From a virus, in IMG/VR virus record IMGVR_UViG_3300045131_002929, positions 32,001-96,000 of that record: DNA of 64,000 bases; one strand, 5' to 3'. The notes under the pieces were generated by a model. It was not told the origin of the DNA and made no database searches. It saw nothing but the letters and a program-made list of their open reading frames with translations. Of this stretch, positions 1 to 9,899 are shown piece after piece (the stretch's first letter is position 1; every line of letters starts with the position of its first letter). The position numbers and the translations under genes were made by a program.

Positions 1-730
1 ACACGACCGCCTTGTACAGGACGCCGTCGTGCCTGTACAGGTGGTTCACGAAGGCCGGGCGTCCGCCCTTCTCCGGGGCGCGCCTGATCACGACGGCGTG
101 GCCGACGTCGGCCAGGTCCTCGAAGGACTCGGCTTCGAGGGACTCGTTGGCTTTCGCCCAGCAGGCGCGCTTGGCCTCGAGGGCGGCGTCGCCGGCGATG
201 GCGCGGCGCCAAATGGAGAACCACTCCTCGACGAGGGCGGTGACGTCCATAGACGTCTGGCCCTCCGCCCAGAGCGGCGTCCTGGGCGCGCACGCCCACA
301 TGGTCTCGATGACGCGGGCCGCGGCGTCGTTCATGGCCCAGAGTTCGGCCTTGATCTCGGGCAGGCGGTGCGGCCCGCGGACGTCGACGTCGACCGCGGC
401 CGCGTAGCGCGCGGCCTGAACCGCCAGGTCGCTGTCCTGGAGCTCGACTCCGAGCATGGCGGCTAAGCCGAGCGCGGCGTCGAGGTCGATGTGGCTCGCC
501 ACACCGTATGCGGCGGGCTTCTCGCCGATCTGGAGGCGGCGGACGCATGGCGCGTCCTCGTTTTCCCGCCCTTCGTGGTGGTCCCAATCGACCGCGGCGG
601 CGATCCCGGCGGGCCTCTGGCCGCCCCAGGTGGCCTCGCACAATCCGACCCGGAGTCCGTCGCGGACGGCCTCGAGGGCGGCTGAGGTGGCTGCTTCGGC
701 GGTTTTGAACATAATGATGCGGTAGCTCAT
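1..730 (-). CDS. Putative DHH-like phosphoesterase with permuted motif order (3'-truncated by the window edge)
   Basis: Not in the ORF track; my translation from ATG 730 (RBS AGGAGG upstream) gives MSYRIIMFKTAEAA...VDWDHHEGRENEDAPC...VASHIDLDAALG...DVRGPHR...FVNHLY, open to base 1. Confidence 0.6.
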   Translation of the reverse strand, partial: MSYRIIMFKTAEAATSAALEAVRDGLRVGLCEATWGGQRPAGIAAAVDWDHHEGRENEDAPCVRRLQIGEKPAAYGVASHIDLDAALGLAAMLGVELQDSDLAVQAARYAAAVDVDVRGPHRLPEIKAELWAMNDAAARVIETMWACAPRTPLWAEGQTSMDVTALVEEWFSIWRRAIAGDAALEAKRACWAKANESLEAESFEDLADVGHAVVIRRAPEKGGRPAFVNHLYRHDGVLYKAVV

Positions 731-835
731 TTCAAAATCCTCCTATTGATTTTGAGCTTTGACTTTATTCAGCATGCGGGTGGGCGCGCATGCCTTCGAT
801 ATGTTTCGTTAAGTGCCTACCGAGCTATCCAGGGC

Positions 836-1153
836 TCACTCATAGTCGGAGCCCTCCAGGAAAGGGCTGGCGGCCCGGCTGGCGGCCAGCACTCGGCTGA
901 CCTGGATGACTTCTGGGGCGGCGCCCCCGAAGCCTACGACCTCGACCGCCGTATCGTGTACGGCGGTCACACGGACTATCTCCGTGACGGGCTTGCCGTC
1001 GCGGAGATACTTGACCCAGACCACGTCCTGTGGCCTGAGATCTAGCGCGGCCACCGCCTCGGGGGGCGGCGGGTTGAACTGCGGGCAGCGGGCCCCGCAG
1101 GATCCGATCTGGCCGCAGTGGGCCAGATCCTGCTGACACTCGAACTTATGCAT
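836..1153 (-). CDS. Hypothetical protein (Cys-rich N-terminus)
   Basis: 105 aa; GAGGAG RBS; tightly packed in the leftward gene run. Confidence 0.6.
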   Translation of the reverse strand: MHKFECQQDLAHCGQIGSCGARCPQFNPPPPEAVAALDLRPQDVVWVKYLRDGKPVTEIVRVTAVHDTAVEVVGFGGAAPEVIQVSRVLAASRAASPFLEGSDYE

Positions 1154-1154
1154 T

Positions 1155-1457
1155 TTAGCTCCTCAAATACTCTTTGGTCTCAGCGATGGCCAGCTTCACC
1201 ACCTCATCGACGATGCGGTGGCCGGCTTGACGCAGGCCAGCGGCCAGCCTGGCGCGGACAAGCCGCCGCCAGACCTTGGCGGACCGGAGGCGGGCGTACC
1301 CGCCTTCCGGGATCTCGAGCGCGTCGACGGACGCGCTCATATGGGCCATCAAGGCGATGGCCCGATCGAACCGCCGCAGCTCGTCAGGAGCCGCGGCCTT
1401 AACGCCCGGGGACCATGTCCAGTCCCCGAACGAATTCCGCTGCGGATCCATATCCAT
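1155..1457 (-). CDS. Hypothetical protein
   Basis: Start moved to ATG 1457 (MDMDPQRNSF...), preceded by AAGGAGG. Confidence 0.6.
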   Translation of the reverse strand: MDMDPQRNSFGDWTWSPGVKAAAPDELRRFDRAIALMAHMSASVDALEIPEGGYARLRSAKVWRRLVRARLAAGLRQAGHRIVDEVVKLAIAETKEYLRS

Positions 1458-1468
1458 AGAATTCCTCC

Positions 1469-1810
1469 TTAGTTGCCGCCGCATTGGCAGCAGTCAAACC
1501 CCTGACGGTCGCGTCCGTCCGGGCCGTTGTTGCACCCGCAGTAGGTGCAATAATCGTCGGCCTCATGGCCGACTTCCGGGACGTCCCGCTGAAAATAACT
1601 TCTCAGCGTGTCGACGCGACCGTCGCTCCAACGCCGGACGGCGTCCCGCACGAAGCGGGTCGCGCCGTCGAGCTGGCAGGAGCGCTCCTCGCCTACCGGC
1701 GCGGGCTCCTGCGCGATAATCGCGCCCGCGGGCAGATCGCCCGCGTCGTTGCTGGCGTGGTGGTACCACGCCAGGCCCTTGTCGGGCATCCGGTAGAGGA
1801 TACCCATCAC
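1469..1810 (-). CDS. Hypothetical protein with C-terminal zinc-ribbon (CxxC...CxxC)
   Basis: CTYCGC...CCQCGGN; start overlaps the stop of the upstream gene. Confidence 0.6.
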   Translation of the reverse strand: MMGILYRMPDKGLAWYHHASNDAGDLPAGAIIAQEPAPVGEERSCQLDGATRFVRDAVRRWSDGRVDTLRSYFQRDVPEVGHEADDYCTYCGCNNGPDGRDRQGFDCCQCGGN

Positions 1811-2106
1811 TCCACCTCGCGGCGGAGTGCTTCGAGTGCGTCGTCCGACGCCCTCCTGAGATCCATCGCCAGGCTGGCCAGCCTTGCGGCGGCCGCCTGG
1901 ATTGCCGGCTCCTCCGAGCCGGCTTCGAATTCCCAGGCCACGGCGGCTGCCGTGGCCGCGAAAGAGCCCGCGGCCGTGAGGCCGCTGACCTGGTTGTCAA
2001 CCAGGCCGGCTCTAATGTCCCAGGCGTCGCCGCCCAGGACATCGACGCCCGTCAAACGGGCGGCCAGGATTTCCACCTGGCCCAGGAGTTCCATGACGTT
2101 CCCCAT
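1807..2106 (-). CDS. Hypothetical protein
   Basis: 99 aa; TAGGAGG RBS. Confidence 0.6.
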   Translation of the reverse strand: MGNVMELLGQVEILAARLTGVDVLGGDAWDIRAGLVDNQVSGLTAAGSFAATAAAVAWEFEAGSEEPAIQAAAARLASLAMDLRRASDDALEALRREVE

Positions 2107-2140
2107 AAATCCTCCTACGGGTTGGGGGTTTCAATGACAA

Positions 2141-2169
2141 AGGCCGGCCACCTCGACGGTGGCCGGCCT
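2141..2169 (-). terminator. Perfect 12-bp hairpin, possible terminator/attenuator in the leader of the leftward genes
   Basis: AGGCCGGCCACC-TCGAC-GGTGGCCGGCCT; on the minus strand followed by only a short T-run (TTGTCATT). Confidence 0.4.
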
Positions 2170-2283
2170 GGGTGCCTGGACCGAACAGACCCGCGCGCTT
2201 GCCGCGGCCTTGCGGCTAATGGCCCGTCCAATTGATTATGCCCATTTAAGGTCTTTTATTAAGCGCGGGCCGGGCGCCCTCCT

Positions 2284-2308
2284 TAAAGGTTCCGCGGCCG
2301 CTATATTA
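2284..2308 (+). promoter_or_regulatory. Candidate promoter of the rightward structural operon
   Basis: TAAA-N14-TATATT in the divergent intergenic gap; similar motifs in other intergenic gaps (see findings). Confidence 0.35.
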
Positions 2309-2341
2309 ACAACTAGCCAACAACCAACCGTGGAGTCAGAT

Positions 2342-2692
2342 ATGAGCCTGCTTTCAAAGACAGCCCGCGAGTTCCTAGCCTTCAGGAAGCGAGCCGCGAT
2401 GAGCCCGCCGAAAGACCAGCCGGAGCCGGCGGCCAGCCCCGAGGCGGCCATGGCCGAGGCCCAGCAGGCGGCGCAGATGGAGCTGGAGCGCGCCAAGCTG
2501 GACGCGCAGACCATGGTCCAGGCGGAAAAGACCAAGATCGAAGCCGAGAACGAGGTGCGCAGGATGCGCGAGGAGGCGAAAACGGCGCAGCAGCCGCAGC
2601 CTGGCGCGGATTCTTCGCAGATGGCGCCGCCGAACCCCTTGGGCAATCCGCCGCCCGGGCTGCCCGCGCAAGGCGGCATGCCGCAGGCTTAA
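2342..2692 (+). CDS. Hypothetical coiled-coil, Pro/Gln-rich protein
   Basis: ATG 2342 after GGAG; MSLLSKTAREF...; helical core and low-complexity tail. Confidence 0.7.
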   Translation: MSLLSKTAREFLAFRKRAAMSPPKDQPEPAASPEAAMAEAQQAAQMELERAKLDAQTMVQAEKTKIEAENEVRRMREEAKTAQQPQPGADSSQMAPPNPLGNPPPGLPAQGGMPQA

Positions 2693-2731
2693 AGGCCGCA
2701 GGGCAGCTTCACAGCCGGGAGGGCACGCCGC

Positions 2732-2998
2732 ATGGACAAGCCGTTCGCACCCCGCGACCCCATAGCCCACGGGCCGGTCGACGGAACCCACCTGACCGAC
2801 TACTGGCGGGCCGCATGCCTGCGCGACGCCGACGCCGCCGGCCCGGGCATGGTGCCGGCCGGCCTGGCCGCGTGCAGGGACGCCGCGCCGGGCGCCAGAG
2901 GCTGGCCGGGCGCGCGGACCATACTCCAACCTGACGGAAAAATAATGTTCCACGACGGCGGCGCCTGGCGCGGGCTGCAGGAGGACGCGGGATGGTAG
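2732..2998 (+). CDS. Hypothetical protein
   Basis: GGGAGG RBS; overlaps the next gene. Confidence 0.55.
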   Translation: MDKPFAPRDPIAHGPVDGTHLTDYWRAACLRDADAAGPGMVPAGLAACRDAAPGARGWPGARTILQPDGKIMFHDGGAWRGLQEDAGW

Positions 2999-3246
2999 AG
3001 CAGCTGAAGGGCGGGGCCGCCGACGGCAGGCCGGCGCGGACCTTCGACAAGGCCGACCTGGCCAAGGGGCGCGCCGTGGAGCGCGAGCACACGGCCGACC
3101 CGCGGGCCGCGGCCGAGATAGCCAAGGACCACCTGGCCGAGTTCCCGGACTATTACGCCGAGCTGGCGCGGATGGAGGCCAAACTGGAGCGGCGCGAGCT
3201 GAACAAGCGCGCATATCTGCTCGGCTACCTAAGGCGGGACCGCTGA
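2992..3246 (+). CDS. DUF5661-like phage protein
   Basis: Signature GxxVExEH...AxEIAxDHLxExPDYYxxLxxME. Confidence 0.8.
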   Translation: MVEQLKGGAADGRPARTFDKADLAKGRAVEREHTADPRAAAEIAKDHLAEFPDYYAELARMEAKLERRELNKRAYLLGYLRRDR

Positions 3247-6200
3247 TGGCGCCCAAACTCAATTTCAAACCGCACGGCCGCGGCCTGCACCTGGACGCGG
3301 CCTCGAAGGCCCGGGCCACGCGCGTCGTCGAATCGGGCGGCGCGCTGATGTCGCCCGCGCTTTTCGGCGTGTACAAGCCGGCCGCAGTGCCCGCCTCTAA
3401 ATCCGCGTCGGGCGCCGAAGGCCAGTGGGCCGTGGACGAGAACTACTACTACTGGAACGCAGGCGGCCGCTGGCATAGGTCGGCGCTGGCCGCTTGGAGC
3501 CCGGAACTGTTCGGCTCGAGCAGCAGCAGCAGCAGCACAGGCGGCGAAAGCTTCTCGTCGGACAGCAGCTGGGGCACCTCCAGCAGCTCGAACAGCTCCA
3601 GCAGCTCGTCGCTTTCCGACTTGTCAAGCCTGAGCTCCAACTCCTCCAGCTCGTCGAACTCCTCCAGCTCGTCCAGCCAGTCGAGCTCCTCAAGCTCGTC
3701 CAGCAAGTCCAGCCAGTCGAGCTCCTCAAGCTCGTCCAGCCGCGGCGACGACTGCGAATGGATCCAGCGCTCGCCGCCTAAAGGCCCGCCGGCGCCGGGA
3801 CTCTGGTCGGCCTGCGCCATGAGCCGCGGCGGCAGGCTGCGCGCGGCGGCTGAGTATGGCGGCCGCATATGGACGTCCACGGACCACGGCGTGAGCTGGC
3901 AGGGCCGCGGATGGGCCAGCGGCGGCGCCATAGGCGACCTGCCCAAGGATCCGAACACGACGCCCTACGACATGGCGCGGCAATGGTGCCTGCTGACGGC
4001 GGCCGACGACGACAGCCGGCTGGTGGCCGCCGAGGACGGCGGCTTGATATGGGTCAGCACGGACTGCGGCATGCACTGGGCCGCGGGCACGGGCCTGGCG
4101 CCGCGCGAGTGGCGCGGGCTGGCGCTGCGCACCACGGACGGCGTGCGGCTGGCGGCCTTGGCCCTGGACGGCACGCTGGCCCTATCCTCGAACGGCGGGC
4201 AGTCGTGGACCGAATCGGCCGGACCCTGCGTCAACGCCTACGCGCTGGCCGCCGCGGCGGGCGCGACCGGGTCGAACGACATACTGGCCGTGGCCGGCTC
4301 GCCAGGCTACGTGCACATATCCCAGGACTCGGGCGCGACGTGGTCGGCCAGGGAGTCGCTGGACAAGCGCGACTGGCGCGGCCTTGCCATGGACGACGAC
4401 GGCCTTGTGCTGTACGCCTGCGCCGATAAGGAGCACTGCTGGAAATCGCTGAACGGCGGCGTGGCGTGGTCGAAGCTGGAGTCGCTGGGAAGCGGCGACT
4501 GGTCCGACGTGGCATGCGGGCCGGACGGCTCCTGCCTGATGCTGGGCGAGAACGCGGGCGCGCTGCGCGTCAGCTACGACTACGGCGGTAGCTGGCGGCG
4601 CATGGCGGCCGTGCAGCAGGACAACCTGAGCAGCTCCAGCGACGCCGTGAACGGCTGGACCGGCGTGGCCATGTCGGGCACCGGCTTCTACCTGATGGCC
4701 TGCGCGTACGGCGGCGGCGTCTGGACGTACGGATGCCTGAGCTCCACATCCTCGTCCTCCCAAGGCGACGCGTGCGCCTGGGTGGAGCGCTGGCAGCTGG
4801 GCACGCACCTTTGGCGCGCCGTGGCCTACTCGCCGCGCGGCGACCGCTGCGTGGCCGTCGGGCTCGGCGTCGGCGTGTGGCTGGGCGAGTTCCATGGCAC
4901 GCGCTGGAAGGTGTGGCCCGCCCCGCTGCAGCCCGGCCTGCCGCCCGCCTACGCCTCGCAGTCCGGCTCGCCGGAGAACCCCAACATGGACTACAGCAGC
5001 TCGAGCAGCTCGAGCAGCTCGCTGTCGTCGGAGCAGAGCAGGGCCACGAAGGGCTGGAACTGCTGCGCCATAAGCGCGGACGGATCGGTGGCCCTTATAG
5101 GCCAGGACGGCGGCAGCCTGCAGATTACGAAGACCTTCGGCGCCAGCTGGACCGTGGCCGCGGGGATAGCCCGCTGGTCGAGCTGCTCCATATCGGAGAA
5201 CGGCAACAAGATGATAGCCGGCACCAACGGCGGCCGCGTGTGGATCTCGCAGGACAAAGGCACCACATGGGTCGAGCAGACGCGCCTGCCTAGGACGCGC
5301 TGGCTGGCCGTGCTTATGGAGGGCGACGGCCGCAGGGCCTTCGCGGCCAGCAGCATCGGCATGATCTACGGCCTGGGCCTGCGCGACTGGTTCGAATCCA
5401 GCAGCTCCAGCTCCAGCTCGGGATCCGCCGACGACCCGGTGGTGACGCTCGCCGGCCTGCCGCCAGCCAAGACCAACAATAGAACGGCGGCCGTCACCGT
5501 GCTGAGCGGGCCCGACATAGGCCGCGGCCTGGTCACGCATTACGGCTATTCGGTGGACGGCGGCGAATATGAGTTCGAAGTGCCGCTGGCCGAGCCCCTG
5601 CTGCTGGCCAACCTTTCCGAAGGGCCGCACAAACTACGCGTGGTCGGCCGTTACCAGTACGACCTGCACGGCAATACGGGCGGGTATGAGGGGATCGACC
5701 ACCCGCTGGAGCATTCGTGGGCCGTGGACACCGTGCCGCCGCAGGCCGTCACCCTGACCGGGATCTCGCTCGCGCTGGCCAACAGCTCGACGGCCAACAT
5801 CACGGTGCACGCCGCCGCCGACGTGGTCGGCTACCTATGGCGGCTGGACGACGGCCCGTGGGTGGACGACGTGGTGCCGATCGGCGCGCCGCTGATCCAG
5901 CTGACGGGCCTTGCCGAGGGCCGCCATGTGGTGCACGTCAAAGGCGTGGACGCGGTCGGCAACTGGCAGGCGGCCCCCACCGTGACCGACAGCGCGGCCT
6001 GGACCGTGGACACGGTGCCGCCGGCCTACGTGGCCCTTACAGCGCCCGCCGCGCTCGTCACGAACTCGACAGTGGCCGCCTTCACCGTCAGCGGCGCGGT
6101 CGACGTGGTGGCGTACAAGTGGCGGCTGGACGCGGGCGCATGGGGCAACGAGGTGGCCATATCCAGCCCGGTCATAAGCCTAGCCGGCCTGGCCGAGGGC

Positions 6201-6974
6201 GTCCACCAGCTGTTCGCGCTGGGCCGCGACGCCGCCGGCAACTGGACGGCCGCGGAAGCCGCCAGCCAGCAGTGGACGGTCGACCTGACCCCGCCCGCGG
6301 CCACGGTGGCGGGCTACCCGGTCGGACCGGTCAACTACGCGTCCACCAACATAGCCGTGGGCGGCGCCGGCGTGGTGTCGTACCAATACAAAGTCAACGC
6401 GGCCGGCACGTATACGGCCGACATACCCGTAGGCACGCCGCTCGTGGCCACCGGACTGGCCAACGGCTTGAACAGGATCTACGTCCGCGGCAGGGACGCC
6501 GCCGGCAACTTGCAGCCCGCCGCGAGCGCCACGCAGACCGGCGAATGGACCGTGGACACCACGCCGCCGCCAGCCGTGACGCTGACGGGCGGCTTGACGG
6601 GCCTGACGACCGCGAAGGCCACCGTCTTCACAGTCGCCGCCGACGCTGACGTGGCCGCCTACAAATGGGAACTGTTCACGAACGGGACCGGCCACGGCCT
6701 GAGCCAGGCCATACCCATATACCTGACCGACTCCATCCACATACTCGACACGATATCGGAGGGCGAGCATTACATTAGGGTCATAGGCTATGACCTGGCG
6801 GGCAACCCGCAGCCGACGCCCACCATAAGCCAAACCTGGACGCTGGACACGACGGCGCCCGTGGCGCAGCTCAGCGGGGTGCCCGTAGGGGCCACATCGA
6901 CGCGCGGCGCCACCGTGACCGTAGGCGGATCAGGGGTCGTCAAATACAAATACGAGCTGGTGTACCATGTTTAG
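3246..6974 (+). CDS. Giant virion fibre/adhesin A: poly-Ser linkers, Asp-box (BNR) beta-propellers, 5.5 Ig-like repeats
   Basis: SxDxGxxW Asp-boxes (STDHGVSW, SQDSGATW, SYDYGGSW, SQDKGTTW); ~90-aa repeats ending DAAGNW...WTVDT; ends with a half repeat. Confidence 0.8.
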   Translation: MAPKLNFKPHGRGLHLDAASKARATRVVESGGALMSPALFGVYKPAAVPASKSASGAEGQWAVDENYYYWNAGGRWHRSALAAWSPELFGSSSSSSSTGGESFSSDSSWGTSSSSNSSSSSSLSDLSSLSSNSSSSSNSSSSSSQSSSSSSSSKSSQSSSSSSSSRGDDCEWIQRSPPKGPPAPGLWSACAMSRGGRLRAAAEYGGRIWTSTDHGVSWQGRGWASGGAIGDLPKDPNTTPYDMARQWCLLTAADDDSRLVAAEDGGLIWVSTDCGMHWAAGTGLAPREWRGLALRTTDGVRLAALALDGTLALSSNGGQSWTESAGPCVNAYALAAAAGATGSNDILAVAGSPGYVHISQDSGATWSARESLDKRDWRGLAMDDDGLVLYACADKEHCWKSLNGGVAWSKLESLGSGDWSDVACGPDGSCLMLGENAGALRVSYDYGGSWRRMAAVQQDNLSSSSDAVNGWTGVAMSGTGFYLMACAYGGGVWTYGCLSSTSSSSQGDACAWVERWQLGTHLWRAVAYSPRGDRCVAVGLGVGVWLGEFHGTRWKVWPAPLQPGLPPAYASQSGSPENPNMDYSSSSSSSSSLSSEQSRATKGWNCCAISADGSVALIGQDGGSLQITKTFGASWTVAAGIARWSSCSISENGNKMIAGTNGGRVWISQDKGTTWVEQTRLPRTRWLAVLMEGDGRRAFAASSIGMIYGLGLRDWFESSSSSSSSGSADDPVVTLAGLPPAKTNNRTAAVTVLSGPDIGRGLVTHYGYSVDGGEYEFEVPLAEPLLLANLSEGPHKLRVVGRYQYDLHGNTGGYEGIDHPLEHSWAVDTVPPQAVTLTGISLALANSSTANITVHAAADVVGYLWRLDDGPWVDDVVPIGAPLIQLTGLAEGRHVVHVKGVDAVGNWQAAPTVTDSAAWTVDTVPPAYVALTAPAALVTNSTVAAFTVSGAVDVVAYKWRLDAGAWGNEVAISSPVISLAGLAEGVHQLFALGRDAAGNWTAAEAASQQWTVDLTPPAATVAGYPVGPVNYASTNIAVGGAGVVSYQYKVNAAGTYTADIPVGTPLVATGLANGLNRIYVRGRDAAGNLQPAASATQTGEWTVDTTPPPAVTLTGGLTGLTTAKATVFTVAADADVAAYKWELFTNGTGHGLSQAIPIYLTDSIHILDTISEGEHYIRVIGYDLAGNPQPTPTISQTWTLDTTAPVAQLSGVPVGATSTRGATVTVGGSGVVKYKYELVYHV
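3671..3740 (+). repeat. Exact 34-bp direct repeat (36-bp period) inside the poly-Ser tract
   Basis: GTCCAGCCAGTCGAGCTCCTCAAGCTCGTCCAGC at 3671 and 3707. Confidence 0.85.
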
Positions 6975-9891
6975 CGGCGAGATCGACGTCGGCGTGCCGA
7001 TCATCATACCCTCCGGCTCGCCGGACGGCTCGTACACCGTGCGCGTGGTCGGCTGCGACGCTGCCGGCAACTGGCAGCCGGTGGAGCTGGCCACCGAGCC
7101 GCCCGAGTGGACCGTCTACACCAAGTTCAACATGACCATGGCCACGCCGCTTGGCGTCGGCACGGCCAGCCCCGCCACGGCCCAGTCAGGCCCTGGCGAG
7201 GCGGTGGCCATAAGCGCCTTGGCCGGATCCGGCTACATATTCTCCCGGTGGGTCGCCACGGGACCGGCCACATTCGAGGACTACGAATCCGCCGTGACCA
7301 CGGTCACGCTGGCCGGCGACGCCTCCGTGCGCGCCGTGTTCGGCACGCTGGTCGTGAGCTACACGCTGAACTACTCGGCCCAGGCCCACGGGGCCGTAAC
7401 CGGCGAGGCCGTCCAGGTGGTAGTCCGGGGCGCGGGCGGATCTTCCGTCACGGCTGTGGCCGAAGCCGGCTATCATTTCAGCGGATGGAGCGACGGGGTC
7501 ATGTCTGCCACCCGCGTGGACTCCAACGTCATGGCCAGCATCGCCGTATCCGCGCACTTCGCGCTGGACGCCGCGCTGTACACCGTGATCTTCGCCGCGG
7601 GCGCGCACGGCTCGCTCTCGGGCGACCTGACTCAGTCGGTGGCTTACGGCGACAGCTGCACAAGGGTGTTCGCCCTGTCCGCGACAGGCTACCGATTTTC
7701 CAGATGGAGCGACGGCTCGACCTATTCGTACCTCACGTTGACCGGCGTGACGTGCGACATGACGCTGACCGCTTTCTTCGAGATAGAGACAGGATATAGG
7801 TACTTGAAGTACCAGGCGTCGACGGGCGGCAGCATAGCGGGCAACGCCGACCAGTCGATCCCCACCGACAGCACAGGCTCTCAAGTCACGGCCGTCGCTC
7901 TGGCCGGCTATCACTTCAAAATCTGGAGCGACGGGTCGGCGCGGGCCACCAGGACGGACACTGCCGGCTATGACAAGACGTTCACGGCCTATTTCGAAGT
8001 GAATTTCTTCACCGTGGCCTACGCGGCCACGGATGGCGGCTCCGTGACGGGAACCCTGATCCAGAAGATCAACGCCGGCAGCTTTGGGTCCGAAGTCGTG
8101 GCCACGCCCGACGAAGGGCACCATTTCACCTACTGGAGCGACGGGCTGGCCACGGCCGCACGGACGGAGTACGACGTCACCTACAACATGACGCTGACCG
8201 CCAACTTCCTGCCCGACGCCAGCAACGTCACGCTGGCCTACTCCGCGGGCCTGCACGGCGCGATCGAAGGCGTGGCCACGCAATCCGTGCCCGTTGGCGG
8301 CTCGGGCTCGCAGGTAACGGCGGTTCCGGACGCGGGCTACAGATTCGCCTACTGGGACGACGGCGTGGGCACGGCCGCGCGCACCGACTCGAACGTCATG
8401 TTCGGCAAGGCCCCCACCGCCTACTTCGAACGTTTGAAATACACCCTGGAGTATACGGCGGAATACGGCGGCGAGATCCAAGGGACCACTCTGCAGACCG
8501 TGTCCCCGGGCGGCGACGGCACTTACGTGGCGGCCGGGGCCCATACTGGATACCGTTTCATCAAGTGGTCGGACGGCCTGGCCACAGCGGGCCGCGTAGA
8601 CTGGAACGTGACTTGCAGCTTATCCGTGTCCGCTTTCTTCGATATCATCAAAAGCGCATACGTGCTGACCTACACGGCCGGAATGGGCGGCTCGATATCA
8701 GGCTCGAAGACGCAGCTAGTCGCCAGCGGGGGCACTGGATCCTCTGTGACCGCCATGCCCGCCGCGGGCCATCATTTCGTGATGTGGAGCGACGGGCTGG
8801 CCACAGCCGCCCGGACGGACTCCTTAGTGTACTGCGACAAGGCGCTCACGGCCTACTTCGCCGCCGACTCGGCGGCTTATCTGCTTGCATACGCCACGGA
8901 CGGCAACGGGACGCTGGCGGGCGCCGCGGTCCAGTCCGTAGCGTCCGGCGGCTCCGGCACCGAAGTCGTGGCCGTGGCGAACACGGGATACCACTTCAGC
9001 GGTTGGAGCGACGGGTACGCGCGGGGGGCCCGCACCGACCTGAACGTCAAAATGGATATAACGGCCACGGCCATGTTCGCGCTGGGCGGCCAGAACTGCG
9101 TGGTGACATATTCCGCCGGGCCATGCGGCTCGGTTACCGGAATACTCACCCAGTCGGTGGCCCAGGGCGGCGCGTGCACGGCCGTGACGGCCGTGCCGGA
9201 CTCCGGCTACCACTTCGTGACGTGGAGCGACGGGTCGACGTCGGCCACCAGGACCGACCTAGGCGTGGCCTGCGACCGAACGTACATGGCCGTGTTCGAC
9301 CCGAGCGTGTACACGGCCGACTATAGGGCAGGGCCGAACGGGTCTATCAGTGGATCAGCGCACCAGTTGATATCGCACGGTCACAATGCCAGCTCAGTGA
9401 CGGGCGTGCCTTCAGGTTATTATAGAAAGTCCCACTGGAGCGACGGATACCCGTTGACGGCGAACATGGGCGTGCGCGTAGACCAAGCCGTGGACCACAA
9501 CATAGACGCCGCGATCTACTTCTATCTGCCAACTTACAGCGTCTCAGTCTCCGCGGGGGCAGGCGGCACGGCCACCCCTGACACCGTGGGCGGCGCCATC
9601 GCCATGGCGGGCGAAACCGTGGTCGCGCTGCGCGCCGAGCCCGCCGTCGGATACGTGTTCAGCAAGTGGACGGTGCTGCGCGGCAGCGCGCCCGCTGCCC
9701 CTACGGCTGCGGACACTACGGTCACGGTGGGCGCCGACACCTCGATAAGGGCCGACTTCGCCGTCCTCGTGCCGAGCGCCGCCTTCGTAAGCGGTGTTCC
9801 GACCGGAACCACGAACGTGCAAGGCGGCACAGTCGTCGTCGGTGGGTCGAACGTGGTATCGTATAAGTATGAAATAGTCAAAGTCAGTTAG
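6967..9891 (+). CDS. Giant virion fibre/adhesin B: about 12 divergent InlB B-type repeats flanked by two half Ig-like repeats
   Basis: Ten G(Y/H)xFxxW(S/D)DG-type repeats of ~73 aa plus two GYxFSxW repeats. Confidence 0.8.
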   Translation: MFSGEIDVGVPIIIPSGSPDGSYTVRVVGCDAAGNWQPVELATEPPEWTVYTKFNMTMATPLGVGTASPATAQSGPGEAVAISALAGSGYIFSRWVATGPATFEDYESAVTTVTLAGDASVRAVFGTLVVSYTLNYSAQAHGAVTGEAVQVVVRGAGGSSVTAVAEAGYHFSGWSDGVMSATRVDSNVMASIAVSAHFALDAALYTVIFAAGAHGSLSGDLTQSVAYGDSCTRVFALSATGYRFSRWSDGSTYSYLTLTGVTCDMTLTAFFEIETGYRYLKYQASTGGSIAGNADQSIPTDSTGSQVTAVALAGYHFKIWSDGSARATRTDTAGYDKTFTAYFEVNFFTVAYAATDGGSVTGTLIQKINAGSFGSEVVATPDEGHHFTYWSDGLATAARTEYDVTYNMTLTANFLPDASNVTLAYSAGLHGAIEGVATQSVPVGGSGSQVTAVPDAGYRFAYWDDGVGTAARTDSNVMFGKAPTAYFERLKYTLEYTAEYGGEIQGTTLQTVSPGGDGTYVAAGAHTGYRFIKWSDGLATAGRVDWNVTCSLSVSAFFDIIKSAYVLTYTAGMGGSISGSKTQLVASGGTGSSVTAMPAAGHHFVMWSDGLATAARTDSLVYCDKALTAYFAADSAAYLLAYATDGNGTLAGAAVQSVASGGSGTEVVAVANTGYHFSGWSDGYARGARTDLNVKMDITATAMFALGGQNCVVTYSAGPCGSVTGILTQSVAQGGACTAVTAVPDSGYHFVTWSDGSTSATRTDLGVACDRTYMAVFDPSVYTADYRAGPNGSISGSAHQLISHGHNASSVTGVPSGYYRKSHWSDGYPLTANMGVRVDQAVDHNIDAAIYFYLPTYSVSVSAGAGGTATPDTVGGAIAMAGETVVALRAEPAVGYVFSKWTVLRGSAPAAPTAADTTVTVGADTSIRADFAVLVPSAAFVSGVPTGTTNVQGGTVVVGGSNVVSYKYEIVKVS

Positions 9892-9899
9892 GAGCGGCC

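Noticed and set aside
12-725. Plus-strand ORFs at the left end
   Set aside because: They are shadows of the minus-strand gene starting at 730, which has an RBS and recognisable motifs.
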